From positions 4-64,003 of the forward strand of contig CAVSOJ010000017.1 of assembly GCA_963729585.1 (NCBI GenBank): a stretch of 64,000 nucleotides of DNA, read 5' to 3'. The notes under the pieces were generated by a model. That model worked only from the letters and a program-made list of their open reading frames with translations, was not told where the DNA came from and searched no databases. Source of the stretch: Nitrospirota bacterium (GTDB lineage: Bacteria > Nitrospirota > Nitrospiria > Nitrospirales > Nitrospiraceae). Numbering within the stretch: position 1 is the stretch's first letter; each line of letters opens with the position of its first letter. Shown piece after piece: positions 18,918-29,900 of the stretch. The translations under genes and the position numbers were made by a program.

Positions 18918-20665
18918 GAGGTCCGCCGTCCTTTACAAGCCTGGAGGACTTCCAGGAGGGTGTGCTTCTTGATCGGTTTGGTCATATGGGCATTGCATCC
19001 AGCTTCGAGAATCCTGACCCCGTCTTCTTTCAGCGCCAGAGCGGTCAAGGCTATCACCTGCGTGGGGGCGAGGTCATGCTCCCGTTCCCAGGCCCGAATC
19101 GCTTGCGTGGCTTCATAGCCATCCATCACCGGCATCTGCATGTCCATCAGGATGAGGTCGTAGTGGCCGCTCTTGAATAGCTCCAATGCGATGACTCCAT
19201 GATCCGCGATGTCGAGGCGGTAGGGAGTCTGCTTTAAATAGGAACGGACCAGCACCTGATTGTCTGGGGAATCTTCTACCAACAAGATGCGAAGTGCCCT
19301 GACCTCGGTAGGAGGCGCGAGGGCTACTGGTGCTGAACCAGTCGTGTGTTGGATGCCCTTAGAACGGTCGAGGGCGATGCTGATAGTCTGGAGCAGGTCC
19401 GATTTCCTGATGGGTTTGATCAAATAGCCGCCCAGCCCCATGTCATAGGTGCGGGCGATATCGTCGGCCCAATGGTGAGAGGCTAGCATCACAATCGTCA
19501 AGCCCTGGGGTGGGCTGGTCTGTCTGATCTCTTCGACGACCTGGAACCCATCTATATCCGGCATGCGACAGTCGAGAAGCATGAGTTGGTAGGGTTGTGC
19601 CGAATTAGAGGCTCGATGCCATTCGGCGATGGCTTCGTGGCCGGACGGAACGTCCGTCACTTTTGCTCCCAAGGCGGTCAAGGTTTCGCGAAGGATCAGG
19701 CGGTTGGTGGCATGGTCATCGACCACGAGAGTTCTGACGCCCTGAAGATTGACTGGGACGCTGTCGTGTGGGGGTGTCGGATTGGATTGCACAGCCAGCC
19801 GTACGCAGCAATGAAACGTGCTGCCCTTTCCGAAGGTACTCTCCACCCAGATTCGTCCGTTCATGAGCTCAGCTAATTGCCTTGAGATGGTCAAGCCTAA
19901 ACCAGTTCCCCCATATTTGCGTGTAATTGAGGCGTGGGCTTGGGTGAAGCTTTCAAAAATGGCAGCAAGCTTGTCGGACGGAATACCGATCCCCGTATCC
20001 GTAATTGAAAATCGAATGGCCCCAGGCATGGAGAGTTCCGGATCCGGCATGACCCGCACCGTGACGGACCCGTTGTCGGTGAATTTGATCGCGTTGCTGA
20101 TGAGGTTGATGAGGATCTGGTGTAGCCGGTTGGGGTCTCCAACTACGCCAAGGGGGACCTCTGGCGAAAGATGGCAGGCGAGTTCGAGGCCCTTTTCGTT
20201 GGCTCGCATGGCGAGAATCTCAATGGCTTTTTCAACCAGGTCGCCCAAATCAAAATCGGTTGATTCCAGCTCCAGGTGTCCGGCCTCGACTTTCGACAGG
20301 TCGAGAATGTCGTTGATCAGACTCAACAGATTAAAGCCGGCTCGGCGGAAAATGCGCAGGTATTTCCGTTGATCGGGGGCTAGGTCCGTCTCCCATAACA
20401 GATCGGCCATGCCGATAATAGCATTCATAGGCGTCCGAATCTCGTGGCTCACGCTGGCTAGGAACTCGCTTTTGGCCCGGCTGGCCACTTCTGCAGCTTC
20501 TTTTGCGACCACGAGAGCCTGTTCCGTTTCCTGGCGCTCGAGGGCTTCGCGTTTCCGGCCAGCCCGCTCCAGTCTAAGCGCAGCTTGAAGTTGTGCCAAC
20601 GACGTTTGTGGCCGGCGTGCTTTGGGCGGAGACTTGTGTCTGGAAGAAGTGGTGGTCCGGGGCAT
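18914..20665 (-). CDS. hybrid sensor histidine kinase (HisKA-HATPase-REC-REC)
   Basis: H-box [13 protein letters not shown] boxes [23 protein letters not shown]. Two receiver domains ([19 protein letters not shown]; [19 protein letters not shown]). Confidence 0.95.
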   Translation of the reverse strand: MPRTTTSSRHKSPPKARRPQTSLAQLQAALRLERAGRKREALERQETEQALVVAKEAAEVASRAKSEFLASVSHEIRTPMNAIIGMADLLWETDLAPDQRKYLRIFRRAGFNLLSLINDILDLSKVEAGHLELESTDFDLGDLVEKAIEILAMRANEKGLELACHLSPEVPLGVVGDPNRLHQILINLISNAIKFTDNGSVTVRVMPDPELSMPGAIRFSITDTGIGIPSDKLAAIFESFTQAHASITRKYGGTGLGLTISRQLAELMNGRIWVESTFGKGSTFHCCVRLAVQSNPTPPHDSVPVNLQGVRTLVVDDHATNRLILRETLTALGAKVTDVPSGHEAIAEWHRASNSAQPYQLMLLDCRMPDIDGFQVVEEIRQTSPPQGLTIVMLASHHWADDIARTYDMGLGGYLIKPIRKSDLLQTISIALDRSKGIQHTTGSAPVALAPPTEVRALRILLVEDSPDNQVLVRSYLKQTPYRLDIADHGVIALELFKSGHYDLILMDMQMPVMDGYEATQAIRAWEREHDLAPTQVIALTALALKEDGVRILEAGCNAHMTKPIKKHTLLEVLQACKGRRTS

Positions 20666-20725
20666 GGTCAGCGTGTTGTTAGGATCGAGACCATGGATAC
20701 CTGCCTATCCCGTCTCGACCGAGCG

Positions 20726-21730
20726 TCAGTCTTCGTGAGAGTGTGGGACGAGAGAGAGAACGCCGGCTTGTTTAGCCCGGTTGCGGCCTTCCTGCTTGGC
20801 TTGATAGAGCGCTTGATCCGCGGCCTTGATCAAATCGATGGGGGAGGTGTTCCGGCTCGGAATTGTGCTGGCAAAGCCCACGCTGATGGTAGTGCAGCCA
20901 CCTTCGGAGTGCGTGATGCCAAGAGACTCAATCCGTTGCCGAAGCGTTTCCGCCACTTGTGCCGCTCCATCTGTACGGGTACCGGGAAGGACGACCACGA
21001 ATTCGTCGCCGCCGTACCGAGCGACGAGGTCTCCTGGCCTGTTGACGGCTCCCGAGATAGCGGCGGCAACTTGCTTGAGGCATTCGTCGCCCGACGTATG
21101 GCCGTGGGCATCGTTGTAGGATTTGAACCGATCGATGTCGAGCATGATCAGAGAGAGCGGCGTCAATTCGCGGACGGCACGCCGCCATTCCTGGTCCAGA
21201 AAATCGTCGAATTGCCGGCGGTTGGTAATGCCGGTGAGGCCGTCAAGACAGGAGAGGCGTAGTAACATCTGGTTTGCTTCCTGGAGTTGGCGCATCACCT
21301 CAAGGAGCTCCTGCTCGCGGGCCCGTCGTCGTTCGATTTCGTGGACGAGTCGAAGGACCGACCGGATCCGAGTCAGGAGCTCGATCTTGTTGACAGGTTT
21401 CCCGATATAGTCGAGCGCACCTGCGGCAAAGGCAAGTTGGAGATCGACAGGATCGGTCTTGACGGTGACCATCATGATGGGCGTGTCACGGAATCGTTCG
21501 ACCGCCTTGATCTGGCGGCAGGCTTCGATGCCGTTCATTTCCGGCATGACGATGTCCATAAGGATCAGGTCGACTCGAGAGGCGCTATGTTTACCGTCAT
21601 CGAGCCCGAGCAAACGGAATGCGGCGGCCGCCGAGTCGGCGACCAGAAGATTGTCATAGCCGGCAGCAGACAGGATCGATTGAACCAAGAAACGGTCGTC
21701 CACCGAATCATCAACGATCAAGATGCCCAT
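20726..21730 (-). CDS. response regulator-diguanylate cyclase (REC-GGDEF)
   Basis: [21 protein letters not shown] receiver. RYGGDEFVV active site with an RPGD I-site five residues upstream. Confidence 0.95.
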   Translation of the reverse strand: MGILIVDDSVDDRFLVQSILSAAGYDNLLVADSAAAAFRLLGLDDGKHSASRVDLILMDIVMPEMNGIEACRQIKAVERFRDTPIMMVTVKTDPVDLQLAFAAGALDYIGKPVNKIELLTRIRSVLRLVHEIERRRAREQELLEVMRQLQEANQMLLRLSCLDGLTGITNRRQFDDFLDQEWRRAVRELTPLSLIMLDIDRFKSYNDAHGHTSGDECLKQVAAAISGAVNRPGDLVARYGGDEFVVVLPGTRTDGAAQVAETLRQRIESLGITHSEGGCTTISVGFASTIPSRNTSPIDLIKAADQALYQAKQEGRNRAKQAGVLSLVPHSHED

Positions 21731-21780
21731 GTGCTGTCTATCCAGTGAATACGAGTGGTTAGCCTGAGAAATCGTAGCAG

Positions 21781-22419
21781 CTAGTCCTGGTAAACTCCAG
21801 GATAAAGCTTTTTGACACAGGGCTGACAGATGCCGTGGCTGAATTCGGCCTCGGAGTGTTCGCCGATATATTCTTCCAACTGTTGCCAGAACCCGCCGTC
21901 ATTGCGGATCTTTTTGCAGGATGCGCAGATGGGAATAAGTCCTCTGAGGACTTTGACCTCCCGTAGCGCCTTCTGTAGCTCCGCATTGCTTCGATGGAGC
22001 TCCTCTTCGCGCGCCTTCCGACAGTCCATTTCCTTTTTCAGCGCCAGCGCCGAGGAGGCGCGCGCCAGAAGTTCTACGCCGTTCACGGGTTTAGTGATGT
22101 AGTCATTCGCTCCTGCCGCAAAGGCGGCTTGGAGATTAGAGAGGTCGTTTTTGGCCGTGACCATGATGATGGGAATATCGCAAAGATGAGGTCGGCTCTT
22201 GATCTGGCGACAGGCTTCGACTCCATCCAGCTCCGGCATGAGGACATCCATCAATATTAAGTCGATTTGGGCTGGCGATTCCTGGCCGTCCATGTTGAGC
22301 ATGGGAAACGCAGCTTTTGCCGAATCGGCGGTCAGGAGTTCCGAATGACCGGCCTTACCAAGGATGGCGCGGAGAAGGACCTGTTGGTCCGGAGAGTCGT
22401 CAACGATAAGAATGCCCAT
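21781..22419 (-). CDS. response regulator with C-terminal CxxC..HxxCxxC module
   Basis: Receiver domain, coiled coil, then [50 protein letters not shown]. Confidence 0.9.
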   Translation of the reverse strand: MGILIVDDSPDQQVLLRAILGKAGHSELLTADSAKAAFPMLNMDGQESPAQIDLILMDVLMPELDGVEACRQIKSRPHLCDIPIIMVTAKNDLSNLQAAFAAGANDYITKPVNGVELLARASSALALKKEMDCRKAREEELHRSNAELQKALREVKVLRGLIPICASCKKIRNDGGFWQQLEEYIGEHSEAEFSHGICQPCVKKLYPGVYQD

Positions 22420-22490
22420 GCGAACTCCTGCCAGGCGCTCACACGGTGTGCGCGAGCAATCACCTTACAGTATAGCAGGTGCTCATCGGG

Positions 22491-22937
22491 CTACTGGAGT
22501 TTGGCACGGACGAGGTCGCTGATCTGTTTGCCGTCTACTGGTTGGCCGGCCATACGGACCATTACGGCCTTCATCACCGCCCCCATCTCTTTCAGAGATC
22601 GAGCGCCGGTTTCCTGAATGACCGAGTCCACGACGGAAGAGAGTTGTTCGGGAGAGAGGGCCTGAGGGAGATAGGATTCGAGAATGGTAATTTCCTGTCG
22701 TTCTTTAGCGGCAAGTTCTGCTCGATTACCTTTCTCGAATTGTTCAACCGATTCACGGCGTTGTTTGATCATGGTTGTCATCACGCGGCTCATTTCGGCA
22801 TCGTCGAGATCCTTCTTGATCTCCATTTCCTTGTTCATGACGGCGGCCTTAATCATGCGAATCACGTCCACGCGCAGTTGATCGCGCGATTTCATGGCCA
22901 GTTTCAAGTCTTCGCTGAGCCGGTCATGCAGGGACAT
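22491..22937 (-). CDS. GatB/YqeY domain protein
   Basis: MSLHDRLSEDLKLAMKSRD..ELAAKERQEITILESYLP is the typical YqeY pattern. Confidence 0.9.
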   Translation of the reverse strand: MSLHDRLSEDLKLAMKSRDQLRVDVIRMIKAAVMNKEMEIKKDLDDAEMSRVMTTMIKQRRESVEQFEKGNRAELAAKERQEITILESYLPQALSPEQLSSVVDSVIQETGARSLKEMGAVMKAVMVRMAGQPVDGKQISDLVRAKLQ

Positions 22938-23124
22938 AAGGGCCTCGGAGCTGAATGGGCTTTTTCAGAGTGAAGAATACCCCCTTCATTCGATGTCAGT
23001 CAATGTAGACCATCATCCACGAGGAAGTTGCCAGGCGTGGTTTTCAGGCCGAGCTGGGAGTATGATAATAAGAGGATGAAGTTGCGGCTCGAAGCAAGAC
23101 AGGGGAACGTTGTGGGAGCCCGCC

Positions 23125-23766
23125 ATGGCAAGGCGATGCTCACCGGTTCAGCTGATGGGAGTCCTCACGATAGCGGTTTTAATGGCGAGTTGTGCGAGTG
23201 TCACCCCACAGACAACCCCGAAGCTCAGCTTTCATTTTACGCCTCGAGAGGTACTGATTCCTGCTGACGTTCAGCGTATAGCGGTGCTGTATCCGCGTGG
23301 AGGGGCTCCTGAATGGTCAAGCGCCTACAATCGTTTAGAGGGGGCAACGTTCCGACTCAAGGCACTCCGTCAGAATCTGAGGATCATCGATCGTTCACAT
23401 CTGCCGACCATCGTTTCGGAGCAGCGTTTTCAGGTCGGAGGTCTTGTTTCGGAAGAGAGCGCCATCCACATTGGCCGGATGTTGGGCGTAGACAGTGTAT
23501 TGATTTATCGGATCGACGGGCCAACATTGCGCGACCGGTTCTTCGCGCGACAGTATAGCGATCTTCTCCCAGTAACCGTCACGAGCAAGATCATTCGTGT
23601 CGAGAGTGGGGAAGTCGTCTATGACAACGTGGTGACGGTTCGTGGGGATGAGCCAGAGGGATCCTGGTTGCTGTCAGACCAGGTCGACTATCAACGATGG
23701 AGCCGCGAGGCCATAGATCGAGGTATCATGCAGACGGTCTATGATCTAAGACGGGCATTTGAATAA
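23125..23766 (+). CDS. CsgG/LpoB-like lipoprotein
   Basis: Lipobox VLMASC. IAVLYP..LRIIDRSHLPTIVSEQRFQVGGLVSEESAIHIGRMLGVDSVLIYRI parallels the middle domain of 16473..17636. Confidence 0.7.
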   Translation: MARRCSPVQLMGVLTIAVLMASCASVTPQTTPKLSFHFTPREVLIPADVQRIAVLYPRGGAPEWSSAYNRLEGATFRLKALRQNLRIIDRSHLPTIVSEQRFQVGGLVSEESAIHIGRMLGVDSVLIYRIDGPTLRDRFFARQYSDLLPVTVTSKIIRVESGEVVYDNVVTVRGDEPEGSWLLSDQVDYQRWSREAIDRGIMQTVYDLRRAFE

Positions 23767-23791
23767 CGGCTGGGCATCCACCTGAAGGGAG

Positions 23792-24016
23792 ATGGCGCAA
23801 ATGAATCTTCGACGGAGCATCACGCATCAAAGTGGTTTCGCCATGGTTGTGAGTCTGTTCGTCGTTTTGCAGATCGCCGCTTGCGCCAGTAATGAACCCA
23901 AGCCTCTCCCGCAGCCGACACCAGATCAGGTTCGTGGTCATGCCGATCGAACATTCGATAAGCTCAAGCAAGAGGAACAAGAGCGCGCTGCCCAGCCGCC
24001 GGTGCCACGTGAGTGA
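23792..24016 (+). CDS. small lipoprotein
   Basis: Lipobox LQIAAC. 74 aa with a charged C-terminal tail. Confidence 0.55.
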   Translation: MAQMNLRRSITHQSGFAMVVSLFVVLQIAACASNEPKPLPQPTPDQVRGHADRTFDKLKQEEQERAAQPPVPRE

Positions 24017-24026
24017 CCCCGGCATC

Positions 24027-25427
24027 CTACCGATTCGATTTGAGTAGGGTCCGGCACACAAGCTGGGCAATGGGTTTCACGAGCGGCAATTCCCAGAGGA
24101 GTTGTTGTCGAGATAGCTGCTCGACTTTGCGCGCTTCATGGAAAGTGCCAAGAAGGCTGGAGGAGACTAGCAGCCTCAAGACGCCCGAGAGAAAGAAGAC
24201 AAAAGGCAAATTCGATGCAGGCTGGAGGATGACTCCCGCCCCCTCGATGCGTGGGGGCAAGCGTTCCACCAACCAGCTCCCAAGCAAGGCCCCCACCGAC
24301 CAGCCTATTGCGTTGACCGTGCTGTACAACGCGATGGCTTTCGTCCGGTCTTCTGGCCTGACCGAATCGAACACATAATTCTGCAACCCCAACGCCAAGC
24401 CGGCCCAAACGACGCCGCCGAAGAAATTGACTGACAGGAGAAAGCCCAGATTCGTACTCACGAGGTACAGCATCGGCAAAAATGGCACTGTGAAGCCGGT
24501 GATGGACAATAAAGCTTTGTTTCCGAAACGGTCCCCAAATTGGCCCCAGGCCTGCAGGGTGAGGAGTTGACCGAGGAGGCCTGCGGCCAGCCATCCTCCA
24601 TAGCCGAAATATGACAGGTGGAGGTCCCGCAACATGTACAGGACGAAAAATGGACCGGCGATCAACACGGCGACATGCATGAGTCCCGCGAAGAATAGGA
24701 AGCGACGAAAATCCTTCGTCGCGCTTTGACGCATGAATCCGCGAAATCCTTGCTGAGCCTCCTGATGGGCGGTGGGATGTACGTCTTCCACGGGGGACAA
24801 GGCAAAGACCGAGAGAATGCGAGCAGTTCCAGCGATGGAGAAAATCAGTACGAATCCCCACCAGGCGGCGGAATGTTGCCACAGACTCAACACCCATCCT
24901 GCTCCGCAGAGCGCAAGGAAGCTGAGACTGGCGATGATTTGGGCTCGGCGCGCGAAGTAGACGCCCCGTTCATGCTGATCGAGCCGATCGGCAATCAAGC
25001 TATTCCAAGCCGGTGTGGTGAAGTGGGCGCAAGCAAAATAGGCCGCGGCCCCGCCCACGACGAGCCAGGGACCCCATTGCGGAAGCAGCAGCGGCATGAG
25101 CACGATGGGAATCCAGGCAAAGGCTTGCCCAAAGGTGCCGGTAGAGATGAGGGCTTTACGATTCGGGAACCACTGGAATAATTTGACAGAGGCGAGTTGG
25201 GCCCCCGTTCCTATGAGTTGAGGCAATGCCGACAGGACACTTAATTGGAACGGGCTTGCCTGGAAGAGCAGGGCGAAGGCGGAAAGGTATTGTTCCCCAC
25301 TTCCTTGCGTGACGGCCTGGCAGGCGCCATCCCGCAGGCCGTAGCGAAGACCCTGCTCGCCCGGACTCTGTGGCCTGGGGCTGTTGGGCGTGGACTCTCG
25401 AATCCGCCTTGACGGTGTCAGTTGCAT
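24027..25427 (-). CDS. MFS transporter
   Basis: About 12 TM segments with an MFS-type organisation. Confidence 0.9.
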   Translation of the reverse strand: MQLTPSRRIRESTPNSPRPQSPGEQGLRYGLRDGACQAVTQGSGEQYLSAFALLFQASPFQLSVLSALPQLIGTGAQLASVKLFQWFPNRKALISTGTFGQAFAWIPIVLMPLLLPQWGPWLVVGGAAAYFACAHFTTPAWNSLIADRLDQHERGVYFARRAQIIASLSFLALCGAGWVLSLWQHSAAWWGFVLIFSIAGTARILSVFALSPVEDVHPTAHQEAQQGFRGFMRQSATKDFRRFLFFAGLMHVAVLIAGPFFVLYMLRDLHLSYFGYGGWLAAGLLGQLLTLQAWGQFGDRFGNKALLSITGFTVPFLPMLYLVSTNLGFLLSVNFFGGVVWAGLALGLQNYVFDSVRPEDRTKAIALYSTVNAIGWSVGALLGSWLVERLPPRIEGAGVILQPASNLPFVFFLSGVLRLLVSSSLLGTFHEARKVEQLSRQQLLWELPLVKPIAQLVCRTLLKSNR

Positions 25428-25569
25428 ATAACCATCTCTTGTAGGGAACTCTGATCGAGCGTAGCATAGACGGTGGGGGTCGGAGCGTAAATTAGATGGG
25501 GGTAGGGTGGGTCAGGCGGTTATTGACCCCTTGTTGATCTCCCGATACCATAATGATTGAAAGTTAGTC

Positions 25570-26337
25570 GTGGCGGTTCCAATGAGAGAGACCAGAACGA
25601 TATGGAAGCAGTTGCCGGCGAGCGTGCTCGCAGGCTTCAGCATTGTCGTTTGCGTCTGCCAGGAAATAGACGCGCGGGATTTGTCCGCGCCGAAGGAGCA
25701 AGCGACGACCGAGATCGATCCCACGCAAAGCCCGTCGTTCGACGAACAGAAGAAGGGTGTCCCGCAAGCCATTTTTACCTGGATCAAAATGGCTAAAGGA
25801 TATGACGTCGAGTGGGATACGTTCGGACGAAAAGGCTGGTACACGCAAGATCCCCGGTTGAAGCCCATCGAACCGGCATCTGTTTTCCCGGCGGATATTC
25901 CCGCGATCTATATTGTGTTCGAGTCAGCCCCGCTGGAGGATCCTGCCCAATTCAGCGCACAATGGTTTCTTGAAGGGGAGAAGGGCGTGCTCCCATCCGT
26001 GCCGCTCGGCAAGGACACCTTGGAAGTGCCGGGACATGAGCGGTATGGATTCTTGGAGCTCAAGAAGCCCGGAGACGCGTGGGCCGTGGGGACGTATCTG
26101 GTGAAACTGTTTATCACGCCGCTCGGACAGCAATCGTTTCATGCGGCCAATCAAGTGGGCACCATGCGGTTTACGATCATCGAGAGTGCTGCGCCTGCCG
26201 GACGTGAACCCACAGAAATAGGTCTATCAGATTCCCGTTACACGAGTGACACCGATGCACACCTACGAATATGCCTTAGGACCGTGATGTGCGCTACGAT
26301 GTTAAATGCGGCGGCGATGGATATGGTCATTCAATAG
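25570..26337 (+). CDS. hypothetical secreted protein
   Basis: Signal-like N-terminus. No family recognised. The start may be the Met at 25582. Confidence 0.5.
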   Translation: MAVPMRETRTIWKQLPASVLAGFSIVVCVCQEIDARDLSAPKEQATTEIDPTQSPSFDEQKKGVPQAIFTWIKMAKGYDVEWDTFGRKGWYTQDPRLKPIEPASVFPADIPAIYIVFESAPLEDPAQFSAQWFLEGEKGVLPSVPLGKDTLEVPGHERYGFLELKKPGDAWAVGTYLVKLFITPLGQQSFHAANQVGTMRFTIIESAAPAGREPTEIGLSDSRYTSDTDAHLRICLRTVMCATMLNAAAMDMVIQ

Positions 26338-26351
26338 AGAAAAGGAACAGG

Positions 26352-26636
26352 ATGGGAGATCGCATCAAAGTCACGGATCCGGAGAAACTGACGTTGCTCT
26401 ATGAGCGGTTCAGAGACGTATGTCTGGTTGAGAAAGAAGTCTGGAAAGAGATTTTCATGCCGCGGGAGGTGACACAGGGACCTGTACGAACGAACATGCA
26501 AGACCGCTATGACGTGGAAATCGATGACTCCGCAATCGAAGACACCTTGGATGCGAATATCCCTCGCGGCAGCCAGGCCCTGGCCGCCGCGATTCAGGAA
26601 TATCGCACGCACATTTCGTTTTATCGAAAAGTCTGA
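26352..26636 (+). CDS. hypothetical protein
   Basis: ATG 26352 is preceded by AAAGGAACAGG. 94 aa, acidic. Confidence 0.45.
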   Translation: MGDRIKVTDPEKLTLLYERFRDVCLVEKEVWKEIFMPREVTQGPVRTNMQDRYDVEIDDSAIEDTLDANIPRGSQALAAAIQEYRTHISFYRKV

Positions 26637-26641
26637 GGGCT

Positions 26642-27262
26642 TCAGCGGGCTGCAAGGACCCGCTCGACGTCCTGCACAATTTCCGGCGCCAACGGCTTTG
26701 TGCGGTGATGGTATCGGGCGACGACCTTTCCTGAACGATCGACGAGATATTTCTGGAAATTCCACTCCACTTCGCCGGGGAACTGGCTCTGTTCAGTCAG
26801 ATACCGGTAGAGCGGGTGTTTATCGTCTCCCTTCACGCTGATCTTGCTGAAGAGCGGAAACGTCAGGCTATATTTCGTGAAACAAAAGCTCTTGATTTCC
26901 TGATTCGTTCCCGGTTCCTGCTGTCCGAAATTGTTCGCCGGGAATGCCAGAATCTCAAAGCCCTTCTCTTGATACTGCTCGTACAGCTTTTCAAGGTCAG
27001 TATATTGCGGCGTATTGCCGCAGAGGCTGGCAGTGTTGACCAGCAACAGTACCTTGCCGCGGAATTGGCTCAGTGAGACCGGTTTCCCGTCGATATCATT
27101 CAGCGTGAAGTCATAGACCATGGGCGTCTGTGCTGCCATGAGTATGGTCCCTTCTTGGTTCGCCTGCGCGGGGTTCGGCTCAAGGAGGTCGCTCGATCCA
27201 TCACCGGCGATCAAACCGATTCCCGCGAACAAGCCCACCAATGCATAACGCAACCTTCCCAT
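26642..27262 (-). CDS. glutathione peroxidase (secreted/periplasmic)
   Basis: LLLVNTASLCGNTPQY, ILAFPANNFGQQEP and WNFQKYLVD motifs. N-terminal signal peptide. Confidence 0.95.
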   Translation of the reverse strand: MGRLRYALVGLFAGIGLIAGDGSSDLLEPNPAQANQEGTILMAAQTPMVYDFTLNDIDGKPVSLSQFRGKVLLLVNTASLCGNTPQYTDLEKLYEQYQEKGFEILAFPANNFGQQEPGTNQEIKSFCFTKYSLTFPLFSKISVKGDDKHPLYRYLTEQSQFPGEVEWNFQKYLVDRSGKVVARYHHRTKPLAPEIVQDVERVLAAR

Positions 27263-27276
27263 AAGGCACCTCGCGG

Positions 27277-28164
27277 TTAGAGTCGCTCCAAGGCATCAAT
27301 GCGTGCTTCAATCGGCGGATGCGTGGCAAAGAGATGCATGAATCCTGAGGTATTACCGGAGATCTTCATCGTCGCGAGCGCATCCTGTGAAGAGTACTCG
27401 AACTGCGAACGGGTCACCCATCGATCGATAGCCCGAAGGGCCGAGATCATCGAATTCTTGCCGTACACCTTGGCTGAAAAGGCATCCGCGCCATATTCAC
27501 GATGACGCGAAAACCAGCTGATCAGGACCGAGGCCAGGATACTGACGACGATCTGGAGCACGATCGACAACCCAAATCCGAGCCCAGCTTGATCACGCTC
27601 TTCGAAGAACCGACGTACCCACATTGCGATGTAGTGCACGAAGGTATTCATCAGTCCCGCCAACACCGTCGTCGCGAACATATCCCCATTGTAGACGTGT
27701 CCCATTTCATGGGCGAGGACGGCTCGCACTTCCTGCTCCTGTAGATTGCTTAACAATCCTGTCGAGACGGCCACCATGGAGTTGTTCTTGCTGGGGCCGG
27801 TTGCGAAAGCATTGGGATCAGGAGATTCGTAAATCCAGACCTCAGGCATCGTAATGTGGAGCCGTTGTGCGATCTCCTGGACTGCGCCGTACACCACCTG
27901 CTCGGCCTGCGACCGGGGTTGCGTGATCTGGCGGCAATCCAACATGGCCCGAGCCATTTGTTTGGAGAATGCCAAACTGATGAAGGCGCCACCAAAGCCG
28001 AAGACGAGGGCCCAGACTAACGAGCTGAGGTCGACCGATCCTCGCAGATCGATCCCGAACATGGGCAGAATGATATTAATAAGCAACGGCACGGTGAGCG
28101 AGAGCGTCACCATGATGAGAATGTTGGCGGCCAACAGCAGGAATATACCCTTCATCCACTTCAT
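27277..28164 (-). CDS. htpX: M48 zinc protease HtpX
   Basis: HEMGHV zinc motif, four TM segments, and the ATHPPIEARI C-terminal motif. Confidence 0.95.
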   Translation of the reverse strand: MKWMKGIFLLLAANILIMVTLSLTVPLLINIILPMFGIDLRGSVDLSSLVWALVFGFGGAFISLAFSKQMARAMLDCRQITQPRSQAEQVVYGAVQEIAQRLHITMPEVWIYESPDPNAFATGPSKNNSMVAVSTGLLSNLQEQEVRAVLAHEMGHVYNGDMFATTVLAGLMNTFVHYIAMWVRRFFEERDQAGLGFGLSIVLQIVVSILASVLISWFSRHREYGADAFSAKVYGKNSMISALRAIDRWVTRSQFEYSSQDALATMKISGNTSGFMHLFATHPPIEARIDALERL

Positions 28165-28397
28165 CGAGATCCTCCTTCAAGAGCACATATACTCGTCCCG
28201 TCATGGGGCGAGTCATGAGTGAGAGTGATTATACTAACCGATTTCCTGAAATGCATCCCAATCGAAACGACCAAAGCTTTGTAATTCAACATAACTCCTA
28301 ACACGCCAAGGTCAAGGAGTCCGAAGTGCATGAAACTCCTGGGCAAAGTTGACCCTTCCTGTCCTTCCTGTTAGAACTGGCCCAGCAGGAGGCGCCT

Positions 28398-28829
28398 ATG
28401 CGATTACTCCATATAATATTGTTGGCAACTGTCGGGTTGCTGATGCCCGTCGGCGTGACCATCATTGATGCAGCGGAGCCTTCTCAGTCCGGCCCGCCTG
28501 TGGTGATCCCGGTGGCGGCAGATGGGGTGCAGCGAGCCACGATCACGCTTGATAGTTACTCGTATACGCCAAACCATTTGATTGTCGAAGCCGGGAAGCC
28601 GGTTGAACTGACGCTGACCAGCGTGACGACGATTGTCCCGCACAATTTTATCATCAAAGACCCGGCGGGAAGCCTATCGGTCGAACAGGATGTGAGTGCC
28701 GGCAAGACAGTCACCGTGAAATTTACACCGACTCAGCGTGGCACATTTCCCATCTACTGCGACAAACGTCTCTGGCCGTTGCCCAGCCATCGCGACAAGG
28801 GGATGGAAGGCAAGCTGGAAGTACGATAG
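28398..28829 (+). CDS. cupredoxin-domain protein
   Basis: Signal peptide. Candidate type-1 Cu ligands: VPHNF ... YCD....SH...GM. Confidence 0.8.
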   Translation: MRLLHIILLATVGLLMPVGVTIIDAAEPSQSGPPVVIPVAADGVQRATITLDSYSYTPNHLIVEAGKPVELTLTSVTTIVPHNFIIKDPAGSLSVEQDVSAGKTVTVKFTPTQRGTFPIYCDKRLWPLPSHRDKGMEGKLEVR

Positions 28830-28831
28830 GT

Positions 28832-29878
28832 GTGGCTACGGGCATAGAGAACTCCAGGCAGGAATTGCTCCGCGATCTCCTCAAGCAAGTGTCCCGTCTC
28901 TTCTATACGACGTTGGTCGTGGTTCCGGCAGATGTGCGCGATCAAGTCAGTCTCGGCTACCTGTTTGCCCGAGCGGCGGACACGATCGCGGATACGGAAT
29001 TGATCGATCGTCCGCGTCGGCTGGATTTACTCAGCCAACTCAAAGCACAGTTCGTGAGCGATCAGATTGCCTGGGCTCAGGTGCGAGAGATCCAGCAAGC
29101 CGTGGGACCTATCCAGCAGAACTCCTCCGAGCGTATTCTGCTCGAACGACTGGAAGATTGCTTCAGGTTCTTCCAGACATTTTCGCCGGACGATAGGCGC
29201 CGAATACAGCGGCTCATGACCACGCTGACGCAAGGCATGGAGATGGACCTCGTGGTCTTCCCCGGCACGTCAGCAGAGGACCTCACGGTCCTGAAGACAC
29301 TCGATGATCTGGATCGCTATACCTATTACGTGGCTGGCTGCGTGGGCGAATTCTGGACGGATTTGATGTGTGCGCACCGGAAGGCGTTGGCCTCATGGAA
29401 GGTGCGGGATATGTCAGAGGTCGGCGTAAGATTTGGAAAGGGGCTGCAGCTGACGAACATTGTGAAAGACATCGCCCACGATCTCCAGAAAGGCCGCTGC
29501 TATGTGCCGGCGCCGATGCTGGCCGATGCCGGACTTACCGCACAGGACTTACTGGATCAGCGGAACCGTCCACGTTTTCAACCGGTCTTGAGCCAACTTG
29601 TTCGCATGGCGGTGGAGCATCTTGACCAAGGATGGCTCTACACCATGGCGATTCCACGATTCGAGACTCGTCTGCGGTTGTCCTGCATGTGGCCGATTCT
29701 TTCCGCCGGCGAGTCGCTGAAGCTGGTGTTGAATTCGCCCGATCTCTTGAACCCTGCCGTGAAAGTAAAGATTCCCCGGAGCAAGGTCTATCAAATCATG
29801 GCGCTCACAACGTTCACCGGCGCCTGTGGCTATGTCGGGACTGCCTACTGGGGACGGCTCAGAAAACAGATCATCTAG
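28832..29878 (+). CDS. squalene/phytoene synthase family protein
   Basis: YLFARAADTIADT, YTYYVAGCVGEFW and NIVKDIAHDLQKGRCYVP correspond to the two Asp-rich regions of the family. Confidence 0.85.
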   Translation: MATGIENSRQELLRDLLKQVSRLFYTTLVVVPADVRDQVSLGYLFARAADTIADTELIDRPRRLDLLSQLKAQFVSDQIAWAQVREIQQAVGPIQQNSSERILLERLEDCFRFFQTFSPDDRRRIQRLMTTLTQGMEMDLVVFPGTSAEDLTVLKTLDDLDRYTYYVAGCVGEFWTDLMCAHRKALASWKVRDMSEVGVRFGKGLQLTNIVKDIAHDLQKGRCYVPAPMLADAGLTAQDLLDQRNRPRFQPVLSQLVRMAVEHLDQGWLYTMAIPRFETRLRLSCMWPILSAGESLKLVLNSPDLLNPAVKVKIPRSKVYQIMALTTFTGACGYVGTAYWGRLRKQII

Positions 29879-29900
29879 GACTGGGCACGAAGGGGCTCGC

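Noticed and set aside
22421-22465. The GCGCTCACACGGTGTGCGCG hairpin between yqeY and the response-regulator gene as an intrinsic terminator.
   Set aside because: The stem has a mismatch and a 3-nt loop. No U-tract follows it on the transcribed (minus) strand.
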